32,000 nt of DNA from Sporosarcina ureae (lineage in GTDB: Bacteria; Bacillota; Bacilli; Bacillales_A; Planococcaceae), in NCBI RefSeq assembly GCF_002082015.1, contig NZ_CP015109.1:116134-148133 (forward strand). Direction: 5' to 3'. Of the stretch, positions 8,326 through 17,486 are shown piece after piece (position 1 is the first letter of the stretch; the number at the start of each line of letters is the position of its first letter). Below the pieces are notes generated by a model that was not told the origin of the DNA, did no database searches, and worked only from the letters and a program-made list of their open reading frames with translations. The translations under genes were made by a program, and so were the position numbers.

Positions 8326-8359
8326 GGAGTGGAAGCCTAGTGCTACCGCTCTTTTTTTT
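8326..8359 (+). terminator. intrinsic terminator
   Basis: Short stem GAGTGG / CCGCTC (one G-U pair) followed by T8 (8352-8359). Confidence 0.5.
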
Positions 8360-8386
8360 GTGTGGTTTTATAATTTTAAAAAATAA

Positions 8387-8436
8387 TTTGAAAAGGAGTA
8401 TCCTTATGCAAAAAGCCTTCTATATAGTAAGTGAAG
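8387..8436 (+). repeat. conserved 50-nt leader element, copy B
   Basis: See copy A. It contains AAGGAG followed 7 nt later by ATG 8406, the start of a 28-codon upstream ORF. Confidence 0.8.
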
Positions 8437-8472
8437 TGCTATCACTTACATACTTTCTAGGAGGAATTCCAT

Positions 8473-9387
8473 ATGAAATTATTAATCAATGAACAGCCAT
8501 TACAATTACTACCGTCACTTGTACATGTAGTCGGGTTAAATGAGGCATTATTTCTGCAACAACTACATTTCCGCTCACTCATTTCTAAAAATATGCGTGA
8601 CGGTCATCTGTGGGTATATAAAACCTATGATCAATGGCTAGAAGAATTTTCATTCTTGTCACGTATGACGATCAAACGCACGATCTATAATTTGGAAAAA
8701 CAAGGTTATCTCATTTCGACTTCCGAATACAACAAGATGAAAATTGACAAGACGAAATGGTATCGGATTGACTACACCAAACTACCGGTTCAGTCTATTC
8801 AAGATGATGCATCAGTGGAAGAGACGATACCGACAAAAAGCGAACTAGAAACAGATCATGCGACGTCTCAAACAGAAACATCACTGAACCAAAAAGAAGA
8901 GGATGCGATGTTTCAATCTGATACAACGGACGTTTCACTTCGAAACGCTGTGTCGTACCAAATTGAAACGAAGGACTGTACCGATATGGTACGGCCTATA
9001 ACCAAAGAACTTAAAGAACTTAAAGAAACAAAGAATAAAGACCTTGTCGAGAAGCCTCTCGACGTTACGCATTTCGTCATTGCTTACTTGAATGAGAAAA
9101 CCGGTAAGCAATTTAAAGCCACATCTGCAGCGACTAAAAAATTTATTCAAGCGAGAGTGAAAGAAGGCTATACACAACAGGATTTTATACAGGTCATTGA
9201 TCTCAAAGTGTCGAAGTGGAATCACCATCCCGAGTACCGAGCGTACTTACGCCCGTCGACGTTATTCAATCCGACGAACTTTGAAAACTATTTGAATGAA
9301 CAACCGGCAATCCCTGTACAAACTGTGCAAAGGCCTGTGCCTCACTCACCAGTATTGGATTTTAGTAAAGGAGAAGATTTAGGCTAG
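8473..9387 (+). CDS. phage-type replisome organizer-like protein (wHTH N-domain + conserved phage C-terminus, Phg_2220_C-like)
   Basis: 304-aa ORF with an AGGAGG RBS. The C-terminal VIAYLNEKTGKQFKATSAATKKFIQARVKEGYTQQDFIQVIDLKVSKWNHHPEYRAYLRPSTLFNPTNFENYLNE matches the conserved phage C-terminal domain I know from prophage replication modules. No other phage genes are nearby. Confidence 0.7.
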   Translation: MKLLINEQPLQLLPSLVHVVGLNEALFLQQLHFRSLISKNMRDGHLWVYKTYDQWLEEFSFLSRMTIKRTIYNLEKQGYLISTSEYNKMKIDKTKWYRIDYTKLPVQSIQDDASVEETIPTKSELETDHATSQTETSLNQKEEDAMFQSDTTDVSLRNAVSYQIETKDCTDMVRPITKELKELKETKNKDLVEKPLDVTHFVIAYLNEKTGKQFKATSAATKKFIQARVKEGYTQQDFIQVIDLKVSKWNHHPEYRAYLRPSTLFNPTNFENYLNEQPAIPVQTVQRPVPHSPVLDFSKGEDLG

Positions 9388-9449
9388 AAAGCGTACGTAA
9401 AGGCGAAAGTATATCTTTGAAAAAAATACTTGTTTTTGAACTCGAAAGA

Positions 9450-9478
9450 TTGACACGTCGCGTATAAAAAAGCATGAT
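9450..9478 (+). promoter_or_regulatory. candidate sigma-A promoter of the MFS gene
   Basis: TTGACA (9450-9455), 17 nt, CATGAT (9473-9478). The -35 is perfect and the -10 is mediocre. Confidence 0.4.
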
Positions 9479-9539
9479 AGGAGTAAATGAACGGTATCCA
9501 CAGTATCGAATTCACGCGATCAACGAAAGAGGTTTTGAG

Positions 9540-11003
9540 ATGGAAGAACAGAAATACGAATACTTGGCAGATAATCCGAATAGTAACGTATTGCCCATTA
9601 TGTTGGCTCTCATCATCGGTGCATTTTTTGCCATTTTAAATGAAACATTATTGAACATCGCACTTGTTACACTGATGGATCAATTTTCGATCACATTACC
9701 AACGGTGCAATGGATGGCGACAGGCTTCATGCTCGTCATGGCGGTTGTCATTCCCATCTCGGCTTTACTCATCCAATGGTTCACGACGAGGCAGCTATTC
9801 CTTGGTACGATGACCGTATTCACGATTGGAACGATTGTCGCGGCGAGCGCACCTACGTTTCCGATTCTATTAACCGGTCGACTCATTCAGGCTGTCGGAA
9901 CAGGGTTACTGATGCCGATCATCTTCAACGTCTTCCTACTCATTTATCCGCCGCATAGACGCGGTAAGATTATGGGCATCATCGGACTCGTTATTATGTT
10001 CGCGCCAGCGATTGGTCCTACGTTATCAGGTGTGATCGTGGAATATCTTGGATGGCGCTATTTATTCATCCTCGTCATTCCGTTCGCATTGTTTTCTATC
10101 GGATTCGGGTATAAATACTTGATCAATGTTACAGAAGTTACTAAACCAAAAATTGATTACATCTCATTAGTGTTTTCATCGATTGGTTTCGGGTCACTCG
10201 TTTACGGGTTCAGCTCAGTCGGTGAAAGTGCAGATGGATTTGCGAATCCACGCGTCTTGCTGTTGATAGGTGTCGGCGTAATCGGCATCGTACTTTTCGC
10301 TAGTAGACAATTGAAGTTGAAAGAGCCAGTCATGGATATGCGCGTATTTCGTTACCCGATGTTCACACACGCGGTATTCTTGTTCCTGATCATTATTATG
10401 GCAATGTTTGCTTCAGAAATCATCTTGCCTATCTATATGCAAGGACCACTTGCACTTAGCGCAGCGACGGCAGGTTTGATCCTTCTACCAGGCAGTATTT
10501 TAAATGGTATCATGTCACCATTCATGGGGTCGTTATTCGATAAATTCGGACCGCGAGTGCTGATGATCCCAGCCACGATCGTGCTGAGTGGGACGATGTT
10601 CATGATGAGCCGATTGACGCTCGACACACCGATTTGGGTGGTGGTCACAAGTTATATCTTGCTGATGCTCAGTGTATCTGCGATTATGATGCCGGCAGAG
10701 ACCAATGGACTGAATCAATTACCTAAGCGTTTATATCCGCACGGCACGGCCGTTATGTCGACGCTGCAACCTGTGGCTGGAGCTATTGGCGTGTCGGTGT
10801 TCATTAGTATTATGAATGCGAGGCAACTGCACTTCCTGAAGAAATCTACGACGCCTGAAGACGCATTAACTGCTGATTTGGCTCTCGTTGCAGGAGTGGA
10901 ACTCGTATACTTTATCGCGTTTGCCATGTCGCTTGTGGCGGTTGTATTGTCGTTTATTGTGTACCGTGCGACACCGCGAGAAGATGTGGAAGGAAGTAAG
11001 TAA
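9540..11003 (+). CDS. DHA2-family (14-TMS, EmrB/QacA/LmrB-like) MFS efflux transporter
   Basis: AAAGAGG RBS before ATG 9540 (MEEQKYEY...). About 14 hydrophobic segments, with motifs LNIALVTLM...GRLIQAVGTG and GPTLSG typical of DHA2 pumps. Confidence 0.85.
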   Translation: MEEQKYEYLADNPNSNVLPIMLALIIGAFFAILNETLLNIALVTLMDQFSITLPTVQWMATGFMLVMAVVIPISALLIQWFTTRQLFLGTMTVFTIGTIVAASAPTFPILLTGRLIQAVGTGLLMPIIFNVFLLIYPPHRRGKIMGIIGLVIMFAPAIGPTLSGVIVEYLGWRYLFILVIPFALFSIGFGYKYLINVTEVTKPKIDYISLVFSSIGFGSLVYGFSSVGESADGFANPRVLLLIGVGVIGIVLFASRQLKLKEPVMDMRVFRYPMFTHAVFLFLIIIMAMFASEIILPIYMQGPLALSAATAGLILLPGSILNGIMSPFMGSLFDKFGPRVLMIPATIVLSGTMFMMSRLTLDTPIWVVVTSYILLMLSVSAIMMPAETNGLNQLPKRLYPHGTAVMSTLQPVAGAIGVSVFISIMNARQLHFLKKSTTPEDALTADLALVAGVELVYFIAFAMSLVAVVLSFIVYRATPREDVEGSK

Positions 11004-11006
11004 ATG

Positions 11007-11046
11007 AAAAATCCACAATCCTTTAAATGGATTGTGGATTTTTTTA
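11007..11046 (+). terminator. intrinsic terminator
   Basis: Perfect 11-bp stem ATCCACAATCC / GGATTGTGGAT with a 7-nt loop and a T6 tail. Confidence 0.9.
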
Positions 11047-11094
11047 TGTAATTGTATTAGGAAACTATGTGAGAAACGTAATAAGCTCAACAAT

Positions 11095-11123
11095 TTGACT
11101 TTCAAATCCGATACTATTAATAT
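11095..11123 (+). promoter_or_regulatory. sigma-A promoter of yeeE/yedE-like gene
   Basis: TTGACT (11095-11100), 17 nt, TAATAT (11118-11123). Confidence 0.6.
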
Positions 11124-11167
11124 GAATTAGTAAACCAACTAAATTAATAGGAAAAGGATGTTATGTA

Positions 11168-12424
11168 ATGACTACTATAAAAGTACAGCCCGTCAACGAC
11201 GTAAAAGGTCCTGTTGAACGAGATGATCTTCTATTAAATCCACCGCAAAAACTTCTCATTGCGGGTGGGGTACTTGTGGCAGTAGTAGTATTCGCTTATG
11301 TACTAGCTACCCAGCATATTTCGCAATCGATGCTCCTCGGCATTGGGTTGCTACTTGGCTTCACGCTATTCCATGCACGCTTTGGCTTTACGTCCGCATT
11401 TCGACGCATGGCGTCAGTCGGAAATGGCCAAGCGATGCGATCACATATGTTAATGCTGGCAATAGCGGTGACGTTATTCGCACCGATTTTAGCGTATGGC
11501 ACGACATTTTTTGGTGGCCCGGTCGCTGGCTATGTTTCGCCGATAGGCGTTAGCCTCATCGTAGGTGCCTTTATTTTTGGAATTGGCATGCAGCTTGGCG
11601 GTGGTTGTGCATCCGGTACATTGTACGCTATAGGTGGCGGACGCACTGTGATGTTCGTTACACTGGCGTTCTTTATAGTCGGTGCTACGGTTGGCGCGTA
11701 CCACTTACCATTCTGGACGGAAGAAATGCCTGCATTCGCCCCGGTTTCATTGGCTACCTCAACTGGTTTAGGTTATGGTGGCGCTTGGCTCGTGTCGATT
11801 GCGCTATTTGGATTCATTGCCTGGATTACTTTGATAATCGAGAAAAAGAAAAAAGCACCCAAAATGGCGGTACTTCCTACTGAGAGAGGATGGAAACGAG
11901 TTTTCCGTGGATCTTGGCCTTTGTTTGCAGCTGCCATTGCATTAGCGGTTTTGAACGCATTAACTCTCATGACGCGTGGTACGCCGTGGGGCATTACTTC
12001 TGCCTTTGCGTTATGGGGTTCCAAGATAGCTTCTGTACTCGGTTTTGATGTAGCGAGCTGGGGGTATTGGCAAGGGGCCAACGCATCTGCACTAGAAGCA
12101 TCCATTTTTGCTGATTCCACAACGGTATTGAATTTCGGGGTTATAATTGGCGCATTCGTCGCTTCAGCAGCTGGCGGTTTATTCAAGTTCACACGCGTGA
12201 CAGTTGGTAACTTTGCAGCTTCTGTCATGGGGGGATTGATGATGGGCTACGGCGCACGCCTTGCATTCGGCTGTAATATCGGTGCTTACTTCGGCGGCAT
12301 CGCTTCATTTAGTTTGCACGGATATATTTGGGGGATTTTAGCCATGGCCGGGACATTTTTAGCTCTATATCTCCGACCGTTGTTTGGCCTAACGGTTCCG
12401 AAATCAAATGATTCTGTATGCTGA
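11168..12424 (+). CDS. YeeE/YedE family sulfur-compound (thiosulfate-type) transporter
   Basis: 418-aa polytopic protein with the two family Cys motifs, GGGCASGTL (first half) and FGCNIGAY (second half). Confidence 0.85.
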   Translation: MTTIKVQPVNDVKGPVERDDLLLNPPQKLLIAGGVLVAVVVFAYVLATQHISQSMLLGIGLLLGFTLFHARFGFTSAFRRMASVGNGQAMRSHMLMLAIAVTLFAPILAYGTTFFGGPVAGYVSPIGVSLIVGAFIFGIGMQLGGGCASGTLYAIGGGRTVMFVTLAFFIVGATVGAYHLPFWTEEMPAFAPVSLATSTGLGYGGAWLVSIALFGFIAWITLIIEKKKKAPKMAVLPTERGWKRVFRGSWPLFAAAIALAVLNALTLMTRGTPWGITSAFALWGSKIASVLGFDVASWGYWQGANASALEASIFADSTTVLNFGVIIGAFVASAAGGLFKFTRVTVGNFAASVMGGLMMGYGARLAFGCNIGAYFGGIASFSLHGYIWGILAMAGTFLALYLRPLFGLTVPKSNDSVC

Positions 12425-12446
12425 TGAAATAAGTAGATAAATATAT

Positions 12447-12493
12447 GAAAAGCACCGGATCCACAAAGCGTTTTTGTGGATCCGGTGCTTTTC
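12447..12493. terminator. bidirectional intrinsic terminator between convergent genes
   Basis: Perfect 20-bp stem AAAAGCACCGGATCCACAAA / TTTGTGGATCCGGTGCTTTT, with A/T tracts on both sides. Confidence 0.9.
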
Positions 12494-12504
12494 ATATGTA
12501 TGTC

Positions 12505-13344
12505 TCATAACAACATCCGCAAATACTTCTCAAAGTTCACTCCTGCTTCTACTGGTGTGTCGTACAAATCGGTATCCTTTATAGCGGCCATCAAAAATTC
12601 CTCTGCCAATGTAATCGCTTGTTCTGTTGACATACCACGCATCCTGCCACCCATAAGTACCGATGCGAATAAATCTCCAGTGCCCGAATAGCTTTTGCCA
12701 TTGTATGGTACGAAGCTACAATGAGTATCCGTCTTGTTAATAAACATATTTCCGACGACGTCTTGACGTCCAGGTGGATTGATGCCTGTGATGACAATTT
12801 CTGCGCTAGTTTTCTGCTGAAGCTGTTGGCCAACTTCTTGCACGGCCTTCAAATAATCCCGTTCGTCAGGAAACCGTAAGAGCTCATCATATGAATAGCC
12901 AGTCAATAAGCAACACTCCGTAATGTTCGGCGTAATAACGTCTGCCCGCGCGACTAGAACTTTCATTTGTTCCAGAAGTTCCTCGTCAAAATTATCATAC
13001 GCTTTTCCATTGTCACCCAGCACGGGATCCACGAGCAATAGCGTCTGATCACGATAAAAGTTTTCGAGAAACGTGAGGATCTGGTGAATTTGCTCTTTGC
13101 CTGTAATATATCCGGTATGAATGCCGTCAAACGAAATATTTAGATTCTTCCATTCTTCCGTATAGAGCGACATAACGTTCGTAAGATCATGACAATAATA
13201 GCTCGGGTATTCTGTTTGTGCAGATAAAACCGCAGTAGGCAGTGGACACGCCTGCACGCCCATCACCGAAAGCACTGGCATGGCGGCAGTGAGTGAACAT
13301 TTACCGAATGAAGATAAATCTTGAATAATGGCAACTTTTTTCAT
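12505..13344 (-). CDS. pdxK: pyridoxal/pyridoxine/pyridoxamine kinase (ribokinase superfamily)
   Basis: MKKVAIIQDLSSFGKCSLTAAMPVLSVMGVQACPLPTAVLS... plus the C-terminal GTGDLFAS motif are typical of the PdxK/PdxY family. GGAGG RBS. Confidence 0.8.
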   Translation of the reverse strand: MKKVAIIQDLSSFGKCSLTAAMPVLSVMGVQACPLPTAVLSAQTEYPSYYCHDLTNVMSLYTEEWKNLNISFDGIHTGYITGKEQIHQILTFLENFYRDQTLLLVDPVLGDNGKAYDNFDEELLEQMKVLVARADVITPNITECCLLTGYSYDELLRFPDERDYLKAVQEVGQQLQQKTSAEIVITGINPPGRQDVVGNMFINKTDTHCSFVPYNGKSYSGTGDLFASVLMGGRMRGMSTEQAITLAEEFLMAAIKDTDLYDTPVEAGVNFEKYLRMLL

Positions 13345-13506
13345 ATGAAATCCTCCGTCAATCGCTATGTATTATACGTATCATAGCATATTATACAACC
13401 CAATATGATGGTTACAATTCGTAGTATGGTGGGTATATATAGGATCAACGGCACACACTCGCGCATAGAAGTTATGAAAGGGAATGAAAGGAAAGGAGGT
13501 ACCATT

Positions 13507-14013
13507 TTGGTGAAAAATACGAAAGACTATTCTAAGCATTTTTCGGAAAAGAAGTTTTGGGATAAAGTACTACAGTTTGGTAAACAAGCAGGAGTGAAGT
13601 TAACGTACGGGGCTCTGTTATTGTTTTACACATTTAAAAAACCAACAGTCCCAAAAAAAGTAAAGTCTACTATTTTAGGTGCTTTAGGATACTTCATTCT
13701 ACCATTGGATATTATACCAGACATCACACCGATTGTAGGATATTCCGATGATTTGGCGGTGGTTATGGGCGCTATACTAGTCGTAGCTACTTATATTGAT
13801 GCACATACAAAACAACTCGCAAAAAATAAAGTGATAGACTGGTTTGGTGAAAACGCTGTGAACGATACGGATTCTTTAGATCATGAAATAAAAAAGACTA
13901 TTCAAGATAGAAAAGAGAAACGGAAGATGAAAAAAGAGGAGAAGCAAGTGAAGAAAGACATTAAGGAGCTAAAGAAAGAAAATAGAAAAGGTAAGAAAAA
14001 CGTCAACGAGTAA
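13507..14013 (+). CDS. YkvA/DUF1232 family membrane protein with Lys-rich tail
   Basis: DUF1232 core (YFILPLDIIPDITPIVGYSDDLAVV). AAAGGAGGT (13491-13499) precedes TTG 13507 / GTG 13510. The ORF-track ATG at 13405 lacks an RBS. Confidence 0.7.
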   Translation: MVKNTKDYSKHFSEKKFWDKVLQFGKQAGVKLTYGALLLFYTFKKPTVPKKVKSTILGALGYFILPLDIIPDITPIVGYSDDLAVVMGAILVVATYIDAHTKQLAKNKVIDWFGENAVNDTDSLDHEIKKTIQDRKEKRKMKKEEKQVKKDIKELKKENRKGKKNVNE

Positions 14014-14187
14014 ATTCGCATTAAAAATATATAAGTGTAATTTAGTGAAAACAGTAATATTTCATTTAGAGTGATGAATAAAAAAATTATGAAAATATAG
14101 AGTTAACCGTTCACTTTTCTATGGTATCATGGTTTAATAGTAAATAACTTACTAGTTAGAAAGTGAGGAGATAGTGTCAAAGATTCG

Positions 14188-14220
14188 AAATTCATTACCA
14201 TTATATAATGAATTTTTTTT
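14188..14220 (+). terminator. AT-rich hairpin with T8 tail inside the long intergenic region
   Basis: Perfect 9-bp stem AAATTCATT (14188-14196) / AATGAATTT (14207-14215), followed by further T residues to 14220. Confidence 0.5.
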
Positions 14221-14462
14221 GAGTTTAGTATGTGATGAGTCGTGACGAAAAGGAGGATAGATAGAATTATAGAATATACTAATCACTCCGACTACCATAT
14301 GTTGTAAGCGGTTTCAACTCGAGGTATATATTGAACTTCGAATCCAATCCATACTGTCATTTCAGAAGCAAAAGTACGTTTTGTAATAGAAAATTTTACT
14401 ACAAATCACTAATGAAATATAAAAATTAGCGATGTTGCTAACTAAAAAGGGAGTTTTGGAAA

Positions 14463-15290
14463 TTGAAGAAATTTACTAGAATGATCATGCTGCTAGCTGT
14501 ATCTATATGGGTATTGGCTGCTTGTGGAAACGATGAAGAAAAAACATCTGAAAGCACTGCTGAAGATCAAGGCTATAATTTAGTTAATGAAGGAAAATTC
14601 ACGTTTGCTGCAAGTGGAGTGTACAAACCGTTTAGTTTTGAAGAAGATGGTAAACTTACAGGCTTTGATGTAGAAATCGGCAATGCGCTTGCTGAGAAAA
14701 TGGGTCTGGAAGCGAACCCTGTGACGAATCCATTTGAAACGATTTTACAAGGTCTTGTTGGAAATAAATTCGACGCAATTATTGGTTCAATGGCGTATAC
14801 GAAAGAACGTGCAGAGCAAGCGGATTTCACCGAGCCTTACTATTATTCAGGTGGCATGATTTTTGTTGCAAAGGATAATAACGACATTACATCTCCGGAA
14901 GACTTAGATGGAAAGAAAATTGGCGTAGTAGCGCAGTCTACATATGAAGAGCCAGCTAAAGAATTGTCAGATAATATCCAGTATTATAGTAGCGACGTAG
15001 TAGCCTTAAAAGATTTAACTGTTAAAGGTCGTTTGGACGCCGTCATCACAGCAGACATCGTAGGTTATGAAGCGATCGACAATGGATTTGAAATCAAAGA
15101 GATTGATAAGCCAATGTGGGTAGAACAACCTTCAATCGCGGTAAACAAAGAAAATCCAGAATTAACAAAAGCGATTGACGAAGCATTACAAGAAATGATT
15201 GAGGATGGGACATATGAGGAAATTTCGGATAAGTGGTTCGGTCGCAATTTACTAGATATTGATTTAGAAGGTGTCGAGTTATTGGAGTAA
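14463..15290 (+). CDS. amino-acid ABC transporter substrate-binding lipoprotein
   Basis: TTG start after AGGGAG. Lipobox LAACGN. Family-3 SBP motifs (FTFAASGVYKPFSF...GFDVEIGNALAEKMG). Confidence 0.9.
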   Translation: MKKFTRMIMLLAVSIWVLAACGNDEEKTSESTAEDQGYNLVNEGKFTFAASGVYKPFSFEEDGKLTGFDVEIGNALAEKMGLEANPVTNPFETILQGLVGNKFDAIIGSMAYTKERAEQADFTEPYYYSGGMIFVAKDNNDITSPEDLDGKKIGVVAQSTYEEPAKELSDNIQYYSSDVVALKDLTVKGRLDAVITADIVGYEAIDNGFEIKEIDKPMWVEQPSIAVNKENPELTKAIDEALQEMIEDGTYEEISDKWFGRNLLDIDLEGVELLE

Positions 15291-15323
15291 GTACAATTTC
15301 CGCCTATTTCTCAGAAAGTTGGT

Positions 15324-15995
15324 GTGCCGGTGCCTGAATTCTTATTAACATTTTATGACGTATTCAAAAATACGTACAAAGGATTTTTACAAGCAGGTCT
15401 ATTAACCATTGAAATTACAGCGATTGCAGTAGTCATTGGAACGGTCTTAGGTGTCATGTTCGCACTGATGAAGATTTCAAACTCCAAAATACTGCAAACA
15501 ATCGCGAATGTGTATATTACGCTAATTCGAGGAACACCGTTAATTGTTCAAATTATGTTTCTCTACTTCGGAATCACATCGATCATTGTATTGGATAACT
15601 TTTGGGCGGGGGCTATTGCTTTAGGTGTTCACAACGGTGCGTATATTGCAGAAATTTTCCGTGGATCTATCCAAGGAATTGACAAAGGGCAACGTGAAGC
15701 AAGTCTTGCACTGGGGATGAATCGATCATTGACGATGAGACGAATTGTCTTCCCGCAAGCTTTACGACGGGCAATTCCACCGCTCGGAAACCAATTTATC
15801 ATCACATTAAAAGATTCATCTTTAGTCTATGTGATTGGTGTATCTGAAATGTTTGGTGTGGCAAACCGTGTAGCTGCTTCTAACTTTAAACAATTTGAAA
15901 CATTTCTCGTAGTAGGTCTTTATTATCTCATTCTCGTTCTGATCTTTAGCGCTCTATTAAAATGGTATGAGAACAAATTGGATGTAGATAAATAA
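15324..15995 (+). CDS. amino-acid ABC transporter permease (HisMQ/GlnP type)
   Basis: Five TM segments and the EAA loop ([35 protein letters not shown]). Confidence 0.9.
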   Translation: MPVPEFLLTFYDVFKNTYKGFLQAGLLTIEITAIAVVIGTVLGVMFALMKISNSKILQTIANVYITLIRGTPLIVQIMFLYFGITSIIVLDNFWAGAIALGVHNGAYIAEIFRGSIQGIDKGQREASLALGMNRSLTMRRIVFPQALRRAIPPLGNQFIITLKDSSLVYVIGVSEMFGVANRVAASNFKQFETFLVVGLYYLILVLIFSALLKWYENKLDVDK

Positions 15996-16009
15996 TGGGG
16001 GCAGATACA

Positions 16010-16735
16010 ATGATTAAGGTAGAAAATGTTCATAAGTCATTTGGTGAATTGAAGGTGCTCAAAGGTATTGATATGGAAGTACACCGCGGGGAAGTGGTAG
16101 TTCTCATAGGGGTTAGTGGTTCGGGAAAGAGTACCTTTTTACGCTGTTTAAACTTTTTGGAATTGACGAATGAAGGCGTTATTACAATTGACGGAAAGCA
16201 AGTGAATCAGAAGAAAGACAACTTAGCTAAGATCCGTGCGGAAGTAGGGATGGTGTTTCAACACTTCAATTTGTTTCCGCATAAAACGGTAGTAGAAAAT
16301 GTCATGGAAGCGCCTCTGATGGTCAAGAAAATGGACAAAGCACAAGTAAAGAAGATGGCACTCGAAATATTAAAAAAGGTCGGTCTATCCGAAAAAGCAG
16401 CAGTCTATCCTAATAAGTTATCTGGTGGTCAAAAACAACGTGTTGCGATCGCTCGAGCACTTGCGATGGAACCCAAGGTATTGCTATTCGACGAACCCAC
16501 TTCTGCTTTAGACCCCGAACTGGTTGGAGAAGTGTTGCAGGTGATGCAAAACTTGGCCGAGGAAGGGATGACGATGATCGTCGTTACACACGAAATGAAG
16601 TTCGCAAAAAACGTTGCAGACCGAGTGATTATGCTAGATGAAGGAGTCATTATCGCAGATTCTGATCCGGAGACGTTCTTCAATCACTCAACAAATGAAC
16701 GAACACTGCAATTTTTAGAAATGGTGGACGTATAA
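16010..16735 (+). CDS. amino-acid ABC transporter ATP-binding protein (GlnQ/TcyC type)
   Basis: Walker [10 protein letters not shown], signature LSGGQKQR, Walker [15 protein letters not shown] 16010 ([12 protein letters not shown]) has better RBS spacing than ATG 15995, which overlaps the permease stop. Confidence 0.9.
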   Translation: MIKVENVHKSFGELKVLKGIDMEVHRGEVVVLIGVSGSGKSTFLRCLNFLELTNEGVITIDGKQVNQKKDNLAKIRAEVGMVFQHFNLFPHKTVVENVMEAPLMVKKMDKAQVKKMALEILKKVGLSEKAAVYPNKLSGGQKQRVAIARALAMEPKVLLFDEPTSALDPELVGEVLQVMQNLAEEGMTMIVVTHEMKFAKNVADRVIMLDEGVIIADSDPETFFNHSTNERTLQFLEMVDV

Positions 16736-16766
16736 GATGGGTCAAGGCTCTATTTCGAAATGTACA

Positions 16767-16818
16767 AAAGGTACTAGATTCCCGAACAGTTTCATGTTCG
16801 GGATTCTGGTACCTTTTT
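16767..16818 (+). terminator. intrinsic terminator of the ABC operon
   Basis: About 19-bp stem GGTACTAGATTCCCGAACA / TGTTCGGGATTCTGGTACC followed by T5. Confidence 0.85.
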
Positions 16819-16967
16819 CGTTTTTCGTATAAATAAGGAGTTTTTAAGGAGTTATTCTATATGCGTTTTATTGGATGAGTAAAGGGCAACATAAAAGTAA
16901 AGACGTATATATAGATACCTATTTTTAGAGACATAACATGATAAAACAGAAAGGAGACATACACTGT

Positions 16968-17426
16968 ATGAAAAGTTATGGAAGATTTTTAGCTATGATC
17001 GCAACGTCTACTGTCGTGATGTTTGGACTCATGTACGTAAACACCTACGCATTCGATCACGTGTTTTTTAGTGAAACCCGCCTATATATGGCCTTGTTGA
17101 TGGGAGCTGTGATGGCGATCATCATGATGGGGTATATGTGGAATATGTATGAAAATAAAAAGATGAATGTCGGGATCATGGGGGCGAGCGTCATGATATT
17201 TGCTTTATCCTTATTTTTGATTCGAAGCCAGACAACAGTAGATGACACTTCTTGGATGAAAGCAATGATTCCCCATCATTCCATCGCCATTTTGACTAGC
17301 GAACGAGCAAATATTTCTGACCCGCGCGTTAAAGATTTAGCAGATGGAATTATTGAAACGCAAAGAAAAGAAATTAAAGAAATGAAAGAGTTGATTGAGG
17401 ATTTGAAGAAGAAAGACGAGAAGTAG
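16968..17426 (+). CDS. DUF305 family (ferritin-like four-helix, metal/copper-associated) membrane-anchored protein
   Basis: MIPHHSIAI and DLADGIIETQRKEIKEMKELI match the DUF305 repeat motifs. Three N-terminal TM helices. ATG 16968 follows AAGGAG. Confidence 0.75.
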   Translation: MKSYGRFLAMIATSTVVMFGLMYVNTYAFDHVFFSETRLYMALLMGAVMAIIMMGYMWNMYENKKMNVGIMGASVMIFALSLFLIRSQTTVDDTSWMKAMIPHHSIAILTSERANISDPRVKDLADGIIETQRKEIKEMKELIEDLKKKDEK

Positions 17427-17445
17427 GAAACAAAGCGCAAGGAGT

Positions 17446-17486
17446 GTACCGATTTTCTTAAAATTTTAGAAAATCGGTACTTTTTA
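17446..17486 (+). terminator. intrinsic terminator
   Basis: 13-bp perfect stem GTACCGATTTTCT / AGAAAATCGGTAC followed by T5. Confidence 0.9.

Noticed and set aside
8388-8426. Sigma-A promoter inside the conserved leader (TTGAAA at 8388-8393 and TATATA at 8421-8426).
   Set aside because: The spacer is 27 nt, which is incompatible with a sigma-A promoter. The function of the conserved element remains open.
14014-14462. Riboswitch or T-box leader upstream of the amino-acid ABC transporter.
   Set aside because: I could not find the T-box core (AATTAGGGTGGTACCGCG-like), S-box, L-box or glycine/glutamine riboswitch conserved cores. It is kept only as a low-interest unexplained region.
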